This document shows positions 38,501 to 46,007 of a stretch of DNA of 64,000 nt, piece by piece. The first letter of the stretch is position 1. Every line of letters begins with the position of its first letter. Below the pieces are notes generated by a model. The model was not told where the DNA came from and ran no database searches. It saw only the letters and a program-made list of their open reading frames with translations. The position numbers and the translations under genes were made by a program. Origin of the DNA: an uncultured Flavobacteriales bacterium (GTDB taxonomy: Bacteria > Bacteroidota > Bacteroidia > Flavobacteriales_E > Vicingaceae); contig CAJQLW010000010.1 in NCBI GenBank assembly GCA_905479325.1, positions 1,333-65,332 of the forward strand, read 5' to 3'.

Positions 38501-39663
38501 TGACCTTTAGTTTAACAACAACTTTTCCTTACAGTCAACCAATTGCAAATGCAGGTGCCAACCAACTGATTCAATTACCAATTGACTCTACAACATTAAG
38601 TGGTGCTTTAAGTGTTGATCCTTATGGAGGGAATTTAAATTACCGTTGGGAGCAAGTTTACGGTCCATCTGTTTTAAGCTTCAACAATAACACCACTTCA
38701 CAACCAACCGTTTCAGGTTTAGTACAAGGTGTATATAAAATGAGGTTAACCGTTGACAATGGTAGCTATTTCGACGATGATGAGATGTACATTATTTCAA
38801 GTACGAGCAACAACGTTGCTCCCAAAGTATCCATCACAGCGCCATTCGAAGGTTCACGTTTCATAGAATTTGACACCATCCAAATAGCGGCAATCGCTTC
38901 AGACTTAAACGATACAGTTGCTAGCGTTAGTTTCTACGCCAACAATCAACTCATTGGAACCGATAACCAAGCTCCTTTTGGAATGAATTGGATTACTGGA
39001 AGTGGAAACTTTTCAGTAACAGCGGTCGCCAACGACCGATTTGGAGCTAGCAGCACCTCAGGAGCAGTAAATGTAATTGTAGAAGCTGCACCCTCCTGCC
39101 GAGACACATCTTCTAACGGAGATTTTATCTATGAGTTTTCCGCAGCTAACAACAACCCTACGTTGACTTTTGTGCCCATTGCACCGGGAACCGGAACCCC
39201 TACTTGCCTGCTCTACTATGGAACATCTGCAAGTGGACCACTACCTGGTTATTTTGTAACACCTAATGTACCATTCCAACTAAATGCAAGTCAAGGATCA
39301 ACCGTTTATTTTTACTATACTTACGATTATCCGGGTGCAGGGCAACGAAACAACTCAGCCAACCCCGATTCTTATAAAATTGGAACATGTAGAATTTTGA
39401 CAGGTATTCAAGATGCAAGAAGTGAGCGTACGACCTTTTCGTTCTACCCGAACCCCGTAAATGATGCAATTACATTGAATTTACCTCAGTCTAAGGCAAC
39501 AAATATCATCAGCATTTATGATGCAAAGATGAAACTTGTAGGAGAAATTCAAACCGACGAGTCTCAATTAGTGTATGACATGAAAGCTTTAAGCAGTGGA
39601 ATTTACTTTATCAATTGGTCAAATGGAACGAAATCCGAAAGCCTTAAGATAATTAAAAATTAG
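35527..39663 (+). CDS. Multidomain GH81 endo-beta-1,3-glucanase with CBM6-like, PKD/Ig-like domains and a T9SS CTD
   Basis: GH81 signatures NDHHFHWGYFIHAAS and QESTSES. A CBM6-like block (PGTIEPGNYD…VAYQD…). PKD-like repeat (ANAGANQ…). CTD FSFYPNPVNDAI…GIYFINW…LKIIKN. Confidence 0.8.
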   Translation: MVKSTQWNRLLMLCSFSLISLFNTQAQHVSVGSGGYTNSFPGTDAAGRNTYPTGTPYTIGNAAGKPIPTNDWWSAKVKNAHADNLFNYPFTMKTKNTGLVTTYIPWGVIDNIEPVIVGVTGLNAGAANVSNFTDWTITMDWQNSNHHFTATTGIGMPFIYFEKDSSDVAQIVVNQGTVTIASEMLIINNLRNGADFAVYAPVGSTWSQSGNTYTSTLNGKNYWSMAFIPLTSTNVTATANAYKSYAYVFPTNTTATWNYNQVNGEVTTDFTVTTTLKEGTNNNMLIGLLPHQWNNLSATSAQPTGLSYSTVRGELKTLVGNSFQVSNTFYGILPTLPYLDFYSNSFNPGNLDDKIDGIKNDQLDTWTDSYNEGQLMNRLIQTARVADLMGDTASVNTIVNTVKERLEDWLKSEPGEIAFLFYYNSTWTSLIGYPAGHGQDGNLNDHHFHWGYFIHAASFIEQFQPGWAANWAPMVNLLVRDAASDNRNDANYPFLRNFSPYAGHCWANGFASFPQGNDQESTSESMQFNSSLIHWGSVTGNTAIRDLGIYLYTTEQTAIEEYWFDQYNRNFQASQQYSLVSRVWGNSYDNGTFWTSDIAASYGIEMYPIHGGSLYLGHDTNYVNRLWNEIEVNTGILSNQANPNLWHDVYWQYLSYVDPSKAIQLYDSYPDRDFKFGVSDAQTYHWLHAMNVLGTVDATVTSDHPIAAVFNKGNTKTYAAHNYSSNPITVTFSDGFTLQVPAQSMATSRDVAVEGVLTSDYNEVYPNGSLPLRLSITSGTPTKVEFLQDGVLLGQDTTAPFEFTATNITSGKHRFYARIYVGNEFKLSNMLTILSGDQLPFLSTPTAIPGTIEPGNYDLFEGGSGNGVAYQDVDRRNNGDYRTEEAVDATDDATEGKTVGWIAPGEWLEYTIDVQTAGFYNVAVRYASGNTSGGGPFHLISGTDTIQTFNGLNYTGGWNTWGTRSINYIPLKSGVQVIRLAFERGEFNLGRLTFSLTTTFPYSQPIANAGANQLIQLPIDSTTLSGALSVDPYGGNLNYRWEQVYGPSVLSFNNNTTSQPTVSGLVQGVYKMRLTVDNGSYFDDDEMYIISSTSNNVAPKVSITAPFEGSRFIEFDTIQIAAIASDLNDTVASVSFYANNQLIGTDNQAPFGMNWITGSGNFSVTAVANDRFGASSTSGAVNVIVEAAPSCRDTSSNGDFIYEFSAANNNPTLTFVPIAPGTGTPTCLLYYGTSASGPLPGYFVTPNVPFQLNASQGSTVYFYYTYDYPGAGQRNNSANPDSYKIGTCRILTGIQDARSERTTFSFYPNPVNDAITLNLPQSKATNIISIYDAKMKLVGEIQTDESQLVYDMKALSSGIYFINWSNGTKSESLKIIKN

Positions 39664-39680
39664 TTCGAAAAAAATTGAGC

Positions 39681-39718
39681 AAGGCATTTCAACTCATTTG
39701 TTGGAGTGCCTTTTTTGT
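39681..39718 (+). terminator. Possible terminator of the GH81 gene, embedded in the 3' end of the convergent gene
   Basis: Stem aaggcat / gtgcctt (one G-U pair) with a long loop, followed by TTTTT. Confidence 0.35.
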
Positions 39719-40675
39719 GTTTTTCAAAGCGTACCCATTCAACTTTTGATGCATTGGTGACCATCCTAGTAAAAATCGAGAAAAGTCAGCCCAGGCAAAA
39801 GGATAAAGCGCCCTCCACTCCTGCTCTAGTGCATCAAATTCGATTGTACCATTAGTCAATTTTAAGGCGGATTTCAATTCTAAAAAATAGAAATCTAATA
39901 TTTCTGATTCATATTGACCGCATTCTTTTTCTGTTAAACAACTACCGATTAAATAAACCAAGTCTTTCATTCCACATCCACCACCTACATATTGAAAATC
40001 TACTGCGGCAACTTCTGTTAAATCCTCGTTAAAACAAAAATTAGCCAATTTAGCATCTCCATGCACAATGGTTTGAAAATCGGCCTGTTTTAAACAAGTT
40101 GCGATGTCTTTAGCGTTCTTTTTGAGCTCACCGTTAGGCATTGCCTCTAATTCATCAGGACGTGTTTCTAAATGCCAATATGTTCCTTCTTTCCACAAAC
40201 CTTTTGGCTCTATGTTCATGAAAGTCGCGTGGAAATGAGCCAACCAACGGAGCACCACTTTGGCTTCTCTATAACTTAAGCTTGACTTCCTTCTTGAAAA
40301 ACCTGATTGATCAAGGTCTTCAATTAGCAGTTGAATATTATTCTCCTCTAAACTACTATCAAAATACAATGGAACTCTACATGCATTATTGCACTTTATA
40401 GACCATTTTTTGTAAAACTCTATTTCTACTTGATACGATTTCAATTTTCTACTATGTGAATTTGAAGTATTCCATCCTCTAGGATGATTTGCCGTAGAGA
40501 CCGCGCTAATCTTTTTCAGAATGACACTTTGCTTTTCGCCCAATTCATTTGTCAACCGTACGATTTCACCGTAACCACTCCATAACTCTTGAACCAATTC
40601 TCTTTTGTCAAATTGGCTTAAATGATCTAATGAATATAATGTTGAGGCCATCCGCAATTGATTTATTTGATTCAA
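39689..40675 (-). CDS. Aminoglycoside-phosphotransferase-fold (ecdysteroid/choline-kinase-like) small-molecule kinase
   Basis: Catalytic loop HGDAKLANF and the downstream DFQYVGGG (DFG-like) motif. Confidence 0.6.
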   Translation of the reverse strand: MNQINQLRMASTLYSLDHLSQFDKRELVQELWSGYGEIVRLTNELGEKQSVILKKISAVSTANHPRGWNTSNSHSRKLKSYQVEIEFYKKWSIKCNNACRVPLYFDSSLEENNIQLLIEDLDQSGFSRRKSSLSYREAKVVLRWLAHFHATFMNIEPKGLWKEGTYWHLETRPDELEAMPNGELKKNAKDIATCLKQADFQTIVHGDAKLANFCFNEDLTEVAAVDFQYVGGGCGMKDLVYLIGSCLTEKECGQYESEILDFYFLELKSALKLTNGTIEFDALEQEWRALYPFAWADFSRFLLGWSPMHQKLNGYALKNTKKALQQMS

Positions 40676-40768
40676 AAGTACGTTTAAGCACTTTTATACA
40701 ATTCCTAAAAATGAAGCTGCATTTGTAAAGTAACTTAAACAACATTGCTAGGGCGCTGTTTACTAGAC

Positions 40769-40996
40769 ATGAAAGAGATTAGAAATGTAGTTATCGGAAC
40801 CACTTTGTTCTTAGTAATTTATAGTTTATTACCAGCATTCGATGTAAAGTTTAGCCTTATTTTTTTCCTATTTGCCGTTGGAAATATTTTGGTCATTAAC
40901 ATGGTTTACCGAGTGCTAAAATTCGGTAAGGCTTCATCAAAAAGATTTACCGAACAATGGTATGAAGACCAAAAGAAAGGAACTGAGTATAATTAG
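40769..40996 (+). CDS. Small two-TM membrane protein
   Basis: The ATG at 40769 (MKEIRNVVIG…) lies within track ORF 40745..40996. Two hydrophobic helices. Confidence 0.4.
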   Translation: MKEIRNVVIGTTLFLVIYSLLPAFDVKFSLIFFLFAVGNILVINMVYRVLKFGKASSKRFTEQWYEDQKKGTEYN

Positions 40997-41622
40997 CCTG
41001 CTAGCTTGCGACCTATGTATTCAATCATATTCAAGTGATATTCCTGAAGCACTTTAGTATGAAAATATGGATACATGTATCTGTCTCGAAAATCTGATTT
41101 ACTCCTGTAATGAGTGGTATGAATGATTTTAGTTTGGTTAGGTGCCACTTCAACCAAAGAAACTCGTTGTAACCCTGTCGACTTCCCTCCTTTGATGTAA
41201 GAGAATTCGAAAAACTTCTTTTTTTCATTAATCGCCACAATTTCATATGAAACTGCAATTTGAACCAAACCTTTCAAAATATTTAAATTCATAAAATAAA
41301 CTTGGCCTATTTCGGCACTAGAGAATGGTTCTTCTTTATACAAAACCTCACTTTCGTTTGCTTTTGAAAGCATCAAGGCAAAGGATACTAACTTATTTTT
41401 AAACACCTTGTTCGGACCTGTTTTATTGTAAAAATCCCAAACGTCTTCAATGCTGTGCTTGGCGGTAAATGACAATTCGTGTTTCAGCAAAGCTTTCGTA
41501 CAAGCTCCGTGTGGAATTGATACCTCTAAATCGTTAACCGTTTGAACGTTATTATCGATTTGGTTTTGAATGAATGCTCGAATTCTTTTGTGTGGAATTC
41601 TTTCTAAAGCAATGTGTTCCAT
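40993..41622 (-). CDS. Hypothetical protein
   Basis: 209-aa ORF with a coherent alpha/beta pattern. No motif recognised. Confidence 0.45.
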   Translation of the reverse strand: MEHIALERIPHKRIRAFIQNQIDNNVQTVNDLEVSIPHGACTKALLKHELSFTAKHSIEDVWDFYNKTGPNKVFKNKLVSFALMLSKANESEVLYKEEPFSSAEIGQVYFMNLNILKGLVQIAVSYEIVAINEKKKFFEFSYIKGGKSTGLQRVSLVEVAPNQTKIIHTTHYRSKSDFRDRYMYPYFHTKVLQEYHLNMIEYIGRKLAG

Positions 41623-41717
41623 TTAGTATGTTAATGCTACATTGAATAGTCTATTCTTCAACGCAGCAATTGCGAACTGCAAATTAAGCCATATTTCTTA
41701 AAAATCATAAAAGAGTT

Positions 41718-41957
41718 TTAATTTGCCCGTTTCAGAGGTTTCAATAGGTGCTCTAAGCCATTTAATTTTATTTCATATAGCGTTTCCAACAACATACCTA
41801 GATTTCCTTTTGGCATGCCTTTTTGTTTGTACCATACTAAATACGGCTCTGGTAAATCACACAATAAACGGCCTTTAAATTTACCGTAAGGCATTTTTAA
41901 AGTGACTAATTGGTTCAACACCTTTCGTTGTTCGTTTGGACTTGGAAAATCGTTCAT
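41718..41957 (-). CDS. DUF3820-family protein
   Basis: The motif MPYGKFKGRLLCDLPEPYLVWY is characteristic of the family. Confidence 0.6.
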   Translation of the reverse strand: MNDFPSPNEQRKVLNQLVTLKMPYGKFKGRLLCDLPEPYLVWYKQKGMPKGNLGMLLETLYEIKLNGLEHLLKPLKRAN

Positions 41958-42097
41958 GATTGAAATAAAAGTAGAGAATAAGATTGAACAACCTGAATAT
42001 TTAGTGAATTAAATTCAATTCTTGAATTGTTAACTGTTACTTGTATCTCTTCTATACTTATTTTTGAAATGGATTAGAATTCTTTAAATGATTTACA

Positions 42098-42934
42098 ATG
42101 AAGTTTAAATGCCTCCTTTCTTTTGCCTTACTTTTTGGACTAAGTTTAACCAATTTTGCACAAGACGATTACCTCTACGAAGACGACGAAGAATTAGAGG
42201 ATACTGTAAAGTTTTCTTTCGGAATCAATTTTGGAGCCTATTTTTCGAACAACAAAACAGTAGAGGTTTATTCAGGAAGGCCTGATATCACTCCATTTAA
42301 CATACCTTTCGTTCTCAGTCAGCCCTTTAATCAGCAAGCCATAAGAGATTATTTTAGGTTTGACTATTACATAGCCGAATATCCCATAGAAACTCGCTAT
42401 AGAACTGCTTCAGAAATTGGCGGACACATAGAGTACAATTTAAGTAAAGTGATTGATTTGTATTTGGATGTAAATATTACGCAACTTAAATTCGAGCAGT
42501 TTTTCACGGTTGGAATCATTGAACCCAACAACGGACGAATTGATGGTGACCGATTAGAACAAATACCACTTTTCGGCGAAGAGAATCGATTTCACCTAAA
42601 CCTAGGAGCTCAATTCAGCATGTATCACGACGAATACTCCAATTTCTATTTCTCTTTATTTGGGAGTTTAAATAACACACAAATGAGAAGAAACTACTTT
42701 GTAATCAATAATATTGAATACGAAATATTTCACGTGGCACTTGACAGGCCGAACCAACGCCTCGGTGGTATTGGTTATGGTGGCGGCACTGGGTTGGGTT
42801 TTAAGTATAAAATTATGGATCACCTAACCACTGACTTTTACTACAATCTTTCTTACGCTCAAACCAATTTAAGCGAAGCTTTTCAGCCATTTGGATTTAA
42901 TCACGGTCTGGGAATTAGAATTATCTGGCACTAA
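42098..42934 (+). CDS. Outer-membrane beta-barrel-like hypothetical protein
   Basis: Signal peptide, alternating aromatic beta-strand pattern, terminal …GLGIRIIWH. Confidence 0.45.
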   Translation: MKFKCLLSFALLFGLSLTNFAQDDYLYEDDEELEDTVKFSFGINFGAYFSNNKTVEVYSGRPDITPFNIPFVLSQPFNQQAIRDYFRFDYYIAEYPIETRYRTASEIGGHIEYNLSKVIDLYLDVNITQLKFEQFFTVGIIEPNNGRIDGDRLEQIPLFGEENRFHLNLGAQFSMYHDEYSNFYFSLFGSLNNTQMRRNYFVINNIEYEIFHVALDRPNQRLGGIGYGGGTGLGFKYKIMDHLTTDFYYNLSYAQTNLSEAFQPFGFNHGLGIRIIWH

Positions 42935-44499
42935 GAACTGCAAGATAGCATAGAGCAGCCCACTTTGTTCATCGCCCAATCGGGCCGTTTAGCAAACCAT
43001 TTTTCCATTTCTGGTCGCTCATCATAAGGTTTTAGAAGCAATTCATACAGTTCATCAACTAAATTGTTGTTGCCTTTTTCTGCTTCATCAATAGCAAGCT
43101 GTGCCATGTAGTTTCTCAACACATACTTTGGGTTCACCAATTTCATTTTAGCACTTCTCTGCTCTACGGGCATTTTTTCCGTTGTTAAGAACGTGCTATA
43201 CCGCTCAAACCATCTTTCCCACTGCACTTTTTGCTTTAACAAAGCTCTTTCATCTAAATACGTTGATTCTTCTATAACTGCCCAAAACGATTCAAAACTC
43301 AAGGTTTCATTCCTGCTGATCAATCTAAAGAAAATGGTCATATCTAATTGTGATGCTTCCAAATAATCCTCTAACTGAGTTACAAACTCTCCTTCAATCA
43401 TTTCATGCAAATCCAATCCCAATTTTTTACACATCATTTTGTGGTAGCCTAAGCTAAAATCTCTTTTGTATTCGTTTAAAATCGTTTGAAGTGGTTCCAC
43501 TTCTTCAATTAACGGGTACAGGGCATTTGCCAATTGCGTTAAATTCCACAAGGCAATGTTGGGCTGTTTGCCGAAACGATAGCGTTTGTTCTGTAAATCT
43601 GTGGTGTTGGGCGTCCAATGTGGATCGTAATTTTCCAACCAACCATAGGGACCATAATCAATGGTTTGCCCTAGTATAGAAAGGTTATCTGTATTCATTA
43701 CACCATGCACAAAACCTACCCGCTGCCAGTGAATAACCAAGTCTTTTGTTCGGGTTACCACCTCCTTAAAAAATTGTAAATAAGTAGCTTTTGAAGGCGA
43801 CCCCAAGTGCGAGTAATGATGTTGAATGGTAAAATCCACCAACTGCTTCAACTCTTCTTTCTCCCCTCTTGAAGTAAAAATTTCAAAGCTTCCAAATCGA
43901 ATAAAAGATTCAGAAACACGACAAACAATGGCGCCCAACTCATCTTTCGGATTACCGTTGTACAGTATGTCTCTTGTTACCCAATCTCCCGATTTAATGA
44001 GTGATAAAGCTCGTGTTGTTGGCACGCCTAAATGATGCATGGCCTCACTGCACAAATATTCTCTGATAGATGATCGCAAAACAGCAAACCCGTCTGCTCT
44101 TCTAGAATATGGAGTTGGTCCTGCACCTTTCAGCTGCAAAGTGTGCGGTTTTCCGTTCAGTTCAACTTCTGCAATGTTAATGGCTCTTCCATCGCCTAAT
44201 TGTCCTGCCCAATGTCCAAATTGATGCCCTCCATAACACATAGCATAACTTTCGAAATCGTTGAAAGAAGTCGCTCCGCTAAGTTGACGTATAAGTTTTG
44301 ATTTATCCCCAACGGTTAGGTTAAAGTCCTTTAAAAAAGAAGAGGATAAATGCACCAATTCAGGCTTTTTAGGCTGCACAGGAACAGCTGAAGAATAATG
44401 AGCGTTGTGCACCTGTCTTGTAAAATTTTTCTCCTCGGGATCTTTTAGTAGTTCTTTTGAAAAATAAGGTCGGATTGGAAGGTTGGAAAGGTCTTGCAT
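42931..44499 (-). CDS. selO: Protein adenylyltransferase SelO (YdiU)
   Basis: YGGHQFGHWAGQLGDGRA motif, HGVMNTDN catalytic region, C-terminal …CSMLSCSS. Confidence 0.9.
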   Translation of the reverse strand: MQDLSNLPIRPYFSKELLKDPEEKNFTRQVHNAHYSSAVPVQPKKPELVHLSSSFLKDFNLTVGDKSKLIRQLSGATSFNDFESYAMCYGGHQFGHWAGQLGDGRAINIAEVELNGKPHTLQLKGAGPTPYSRRADGFAVLRSSIREYLCSEAMHHLGVPTTRALSLIKSGDWVTRDILYNGNPKDELGAIVCRVSESFIRFGSFEIFTSRGEKEELKQLVDFTIQHHYSHLGSPSKATYLQFFKEVVTRTKDLVIHWQRVGFVHGVMNTDNLSILGQTIDYGPYGWLENYDPHWTPNTTDLQNKRYRFGKQPNIALWNLTQLANALYPLIEEVEPLQTILNEYKRDFSLGYHKMMCKKLGLDLHEMIEGEFVTQLEDYLEASQLDMTIFFRLISRNETLSFESFWAVIEESTYLDERALLKQKVQWERWFERYSTFLTTEKMPVEQRSAKMKLVNPKYVLRNYMAQLAIDEAEKGNNNLVDELYELLLKPYDERPEMEKWFAKRPDWAMNKVGCSMLSCSS

Positions 44500-44509
44500 G
44501 TTGATTGCG

Positions 44510-45043
44510 TTAGCTTTTTAATCGATCGGCATACATTTTACGCAATTTTGATATTTTCGGGCTTATTACCGCCTGACAAAATCCTGCTTCGGTATTCTCG
44601 TTGTAATAGTTTTGGTGATCTGCCTCTGCCAAATGAAACTCCGGCGCCGCCGTTAACTCGGTAACTATCGGATCTTCGTAAACATCTTTCAATTTTTCAA
44701 TCACCTTTTCAGCAGTGGCTTTTTGCGCTTCATTTTGGTAAAAAATTACAGAACGGTATTGTGTGCCATAGTCGGCTCCTTGCCGGTTGAGTTGAGTTGG
44801 ATCGTGACTCGTCATAAAAATGGTCAACAAGTCTTCAAAGCTTAATTCTTCGGCATTAAAAGTAACCCGCACAACTTCTGCATGTCCTGTTAAACCTGAG
44901 CAAACTTCTCTATAGGTTGGTTTGCCCGGAACTGTTCCTCCGCTGTAACCAGATTCTACTTTTTCAACACCCTTTAAGCGCTGAACCACGGCTTCGACGC
45001 ACCAAAAGCATCCGCCACCAAAAACTGCTATTTCTTCTTTCAT
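44510..45043 (-). CDS. msrA: Peptide-methionine (S)-S-oxide reductase
   Basis: GGGCFWC active site. 177 aa. Confidence 0.95.
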   Translation of the reverse strand: MKEEIAVFGGGCFWCVEAVVQRLKGVEKVESGYSGGTVPGKPTYREVCSGLTGHAEVVRVTFNAEELSFEDLLTIFMTSHDPTQLNRQGADYGTQYRSVIFYQNEAQKATAEKVIEKLKDVYEDPIVTELTAAPEFHLAEADHQNYYNENTEAGFCQAVISPKISKLRKMYADRLKS

Positions 45044-45044
45044 G

Positions 45045-45497
45045 TTATACTGTTTCTTTAATTAATTGAATGCTTGCTGAATTCACACAATAACGCAATC
45101 CACTTGGCTTTGGACCGTCAGGAAAAACATGTCCCAAATGTGCATCACAAACGTTACACATTACTTCCACTCGAACTATGCCAAACGATACATCTTTCTC
45201 ATATTTAATAGCATTGGAACTTATGGGCTGAGTAAAGCTTGGCCATCCGCTGCCCGATTCAAATTTAATGGTAGAATCAAACAATTCTGTGCCACAACAT
45301 TTACAGCTGTATTTCCCTGCTTCATGAGCACTGCATAATTCTCCAGTTCCCGCTCGCTCTGTTCCTTTCTTTCTTGTAATGTAAAACTCTTCTTCGCTTA
45401 ATAATTCCTTCCACTCCGCTTCTGTTTTTTCCACTCTTTTATCGGGTTCAGGAACGCCATGGTTGGCGTATTTTATAACATCATTCCAGTTTATCAT
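45045..45497 (-). CDS. msrB: Peptide-methionine (R)-S-oxide reductase
   Basis: Two CxxC zinc motifs (CKCC, CNVC), GHVF and catalytic RYCVNS. Confidence 0.95.
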   Translation of the reverse strand: MINWNDVIKYANHGVPEPDKRVEKTEAEWKELLSEEEFYITRKKGTERAGTGELCSAHEAGKYSCKCCGTELFDSTIKFESGSGWPSFTQPISSNAIKYEKDVSFGIVRVEVMCNVCDAHLGHVFPDGPKPSGLRYCVNSASIQLIKETV

Positions 45498-45635
45498 AGC
45501 TTGTTTTTGTTTTACTATTCACAACACTTCTGCGTTAAATTAGTTTAGTCGTTTTACTTTTACAAAGGTCTTAAATTAGGGACTAACTAAATGGCACAGA
45601 TTTCCCAAAAACTTGACTAAAATCTTCAAACTATC

Positions 45636-45675
45636 AAACACAAGAAAGCCCACCTAACAGCGTGTTAAGTGGGCT
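45636..45675 (-). terminator. Intrinsic terminator downstream of the CotH/CTD gene
   Basis: 13-bp stem (one mismatch) agcccacctaaca / tgttaagtgggct. On the minus strand it is followed by tttcttgtgttt. Confidence 0.6.
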
Positions 45676-45695
45676 TAAACTTATCTAAAAACAAT

Positions 45696-45980
45696 CTAAT
45701 GAACTATGATTCGTGTTGTAGTTTCTTCCGCCCTAATAAAATAAATGCCTTTACTCCAATTGCTAACATCAATAACCAGCTCGTTCAGTAAATTATTTGA
45801 ATAAACCATTTGTCCTGTTGCATTGTAAATGAATACATCCGTAGCACGGTTTGAGCCATTTGCCTTAATCGTAAATGATTCACTTGCAGGGTTTGGATAA
45901 AAGATAAAACCTGCATCTCTTAATGAATTATTATTCAAACCTGTTGAGATTATATTTTTACTCTTAAAAGTTGGGAACAT
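45696..45980 (-). CDS. Detached T9SS C-terminal sorting domain, in frame with the upstream CotH ORF
   Basis: FYPNPASESFTIKANG…GIYFIRAEETTTRIIVH. It is separated from ORF 46008..48416 only by a TAG and 9 sense codons in the same frame. Confidence 0.6.
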   Translation of the reverse strand: MFPTFKSKNIISTGLNNNSLRDAGFIFYPNPASESFTIKANGSNRATDVFIYNATGQMVYSNNLLNELVIDVSNWSKGIYFIRAEETTTRIIVH

Positions 45981-46007
45981 CCGTTGAAAATTTCCGGTTC
46001 CATTAGG

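Noticed and set aside
8429-42934. Convergent gene pairs sharing 4-nt overlapping stop codons (TTAA at 8429..8432, TTAG at 40993..40996, CTAA at 42931..42934) and longer 3' overlaps (13009..13022, 14604..14615, 21473..21480)
   Set aside because: Compact convergent ends of this kind are common in bacterial genomes and need no special mechanism. I note them only as consistent with tight gene packing.
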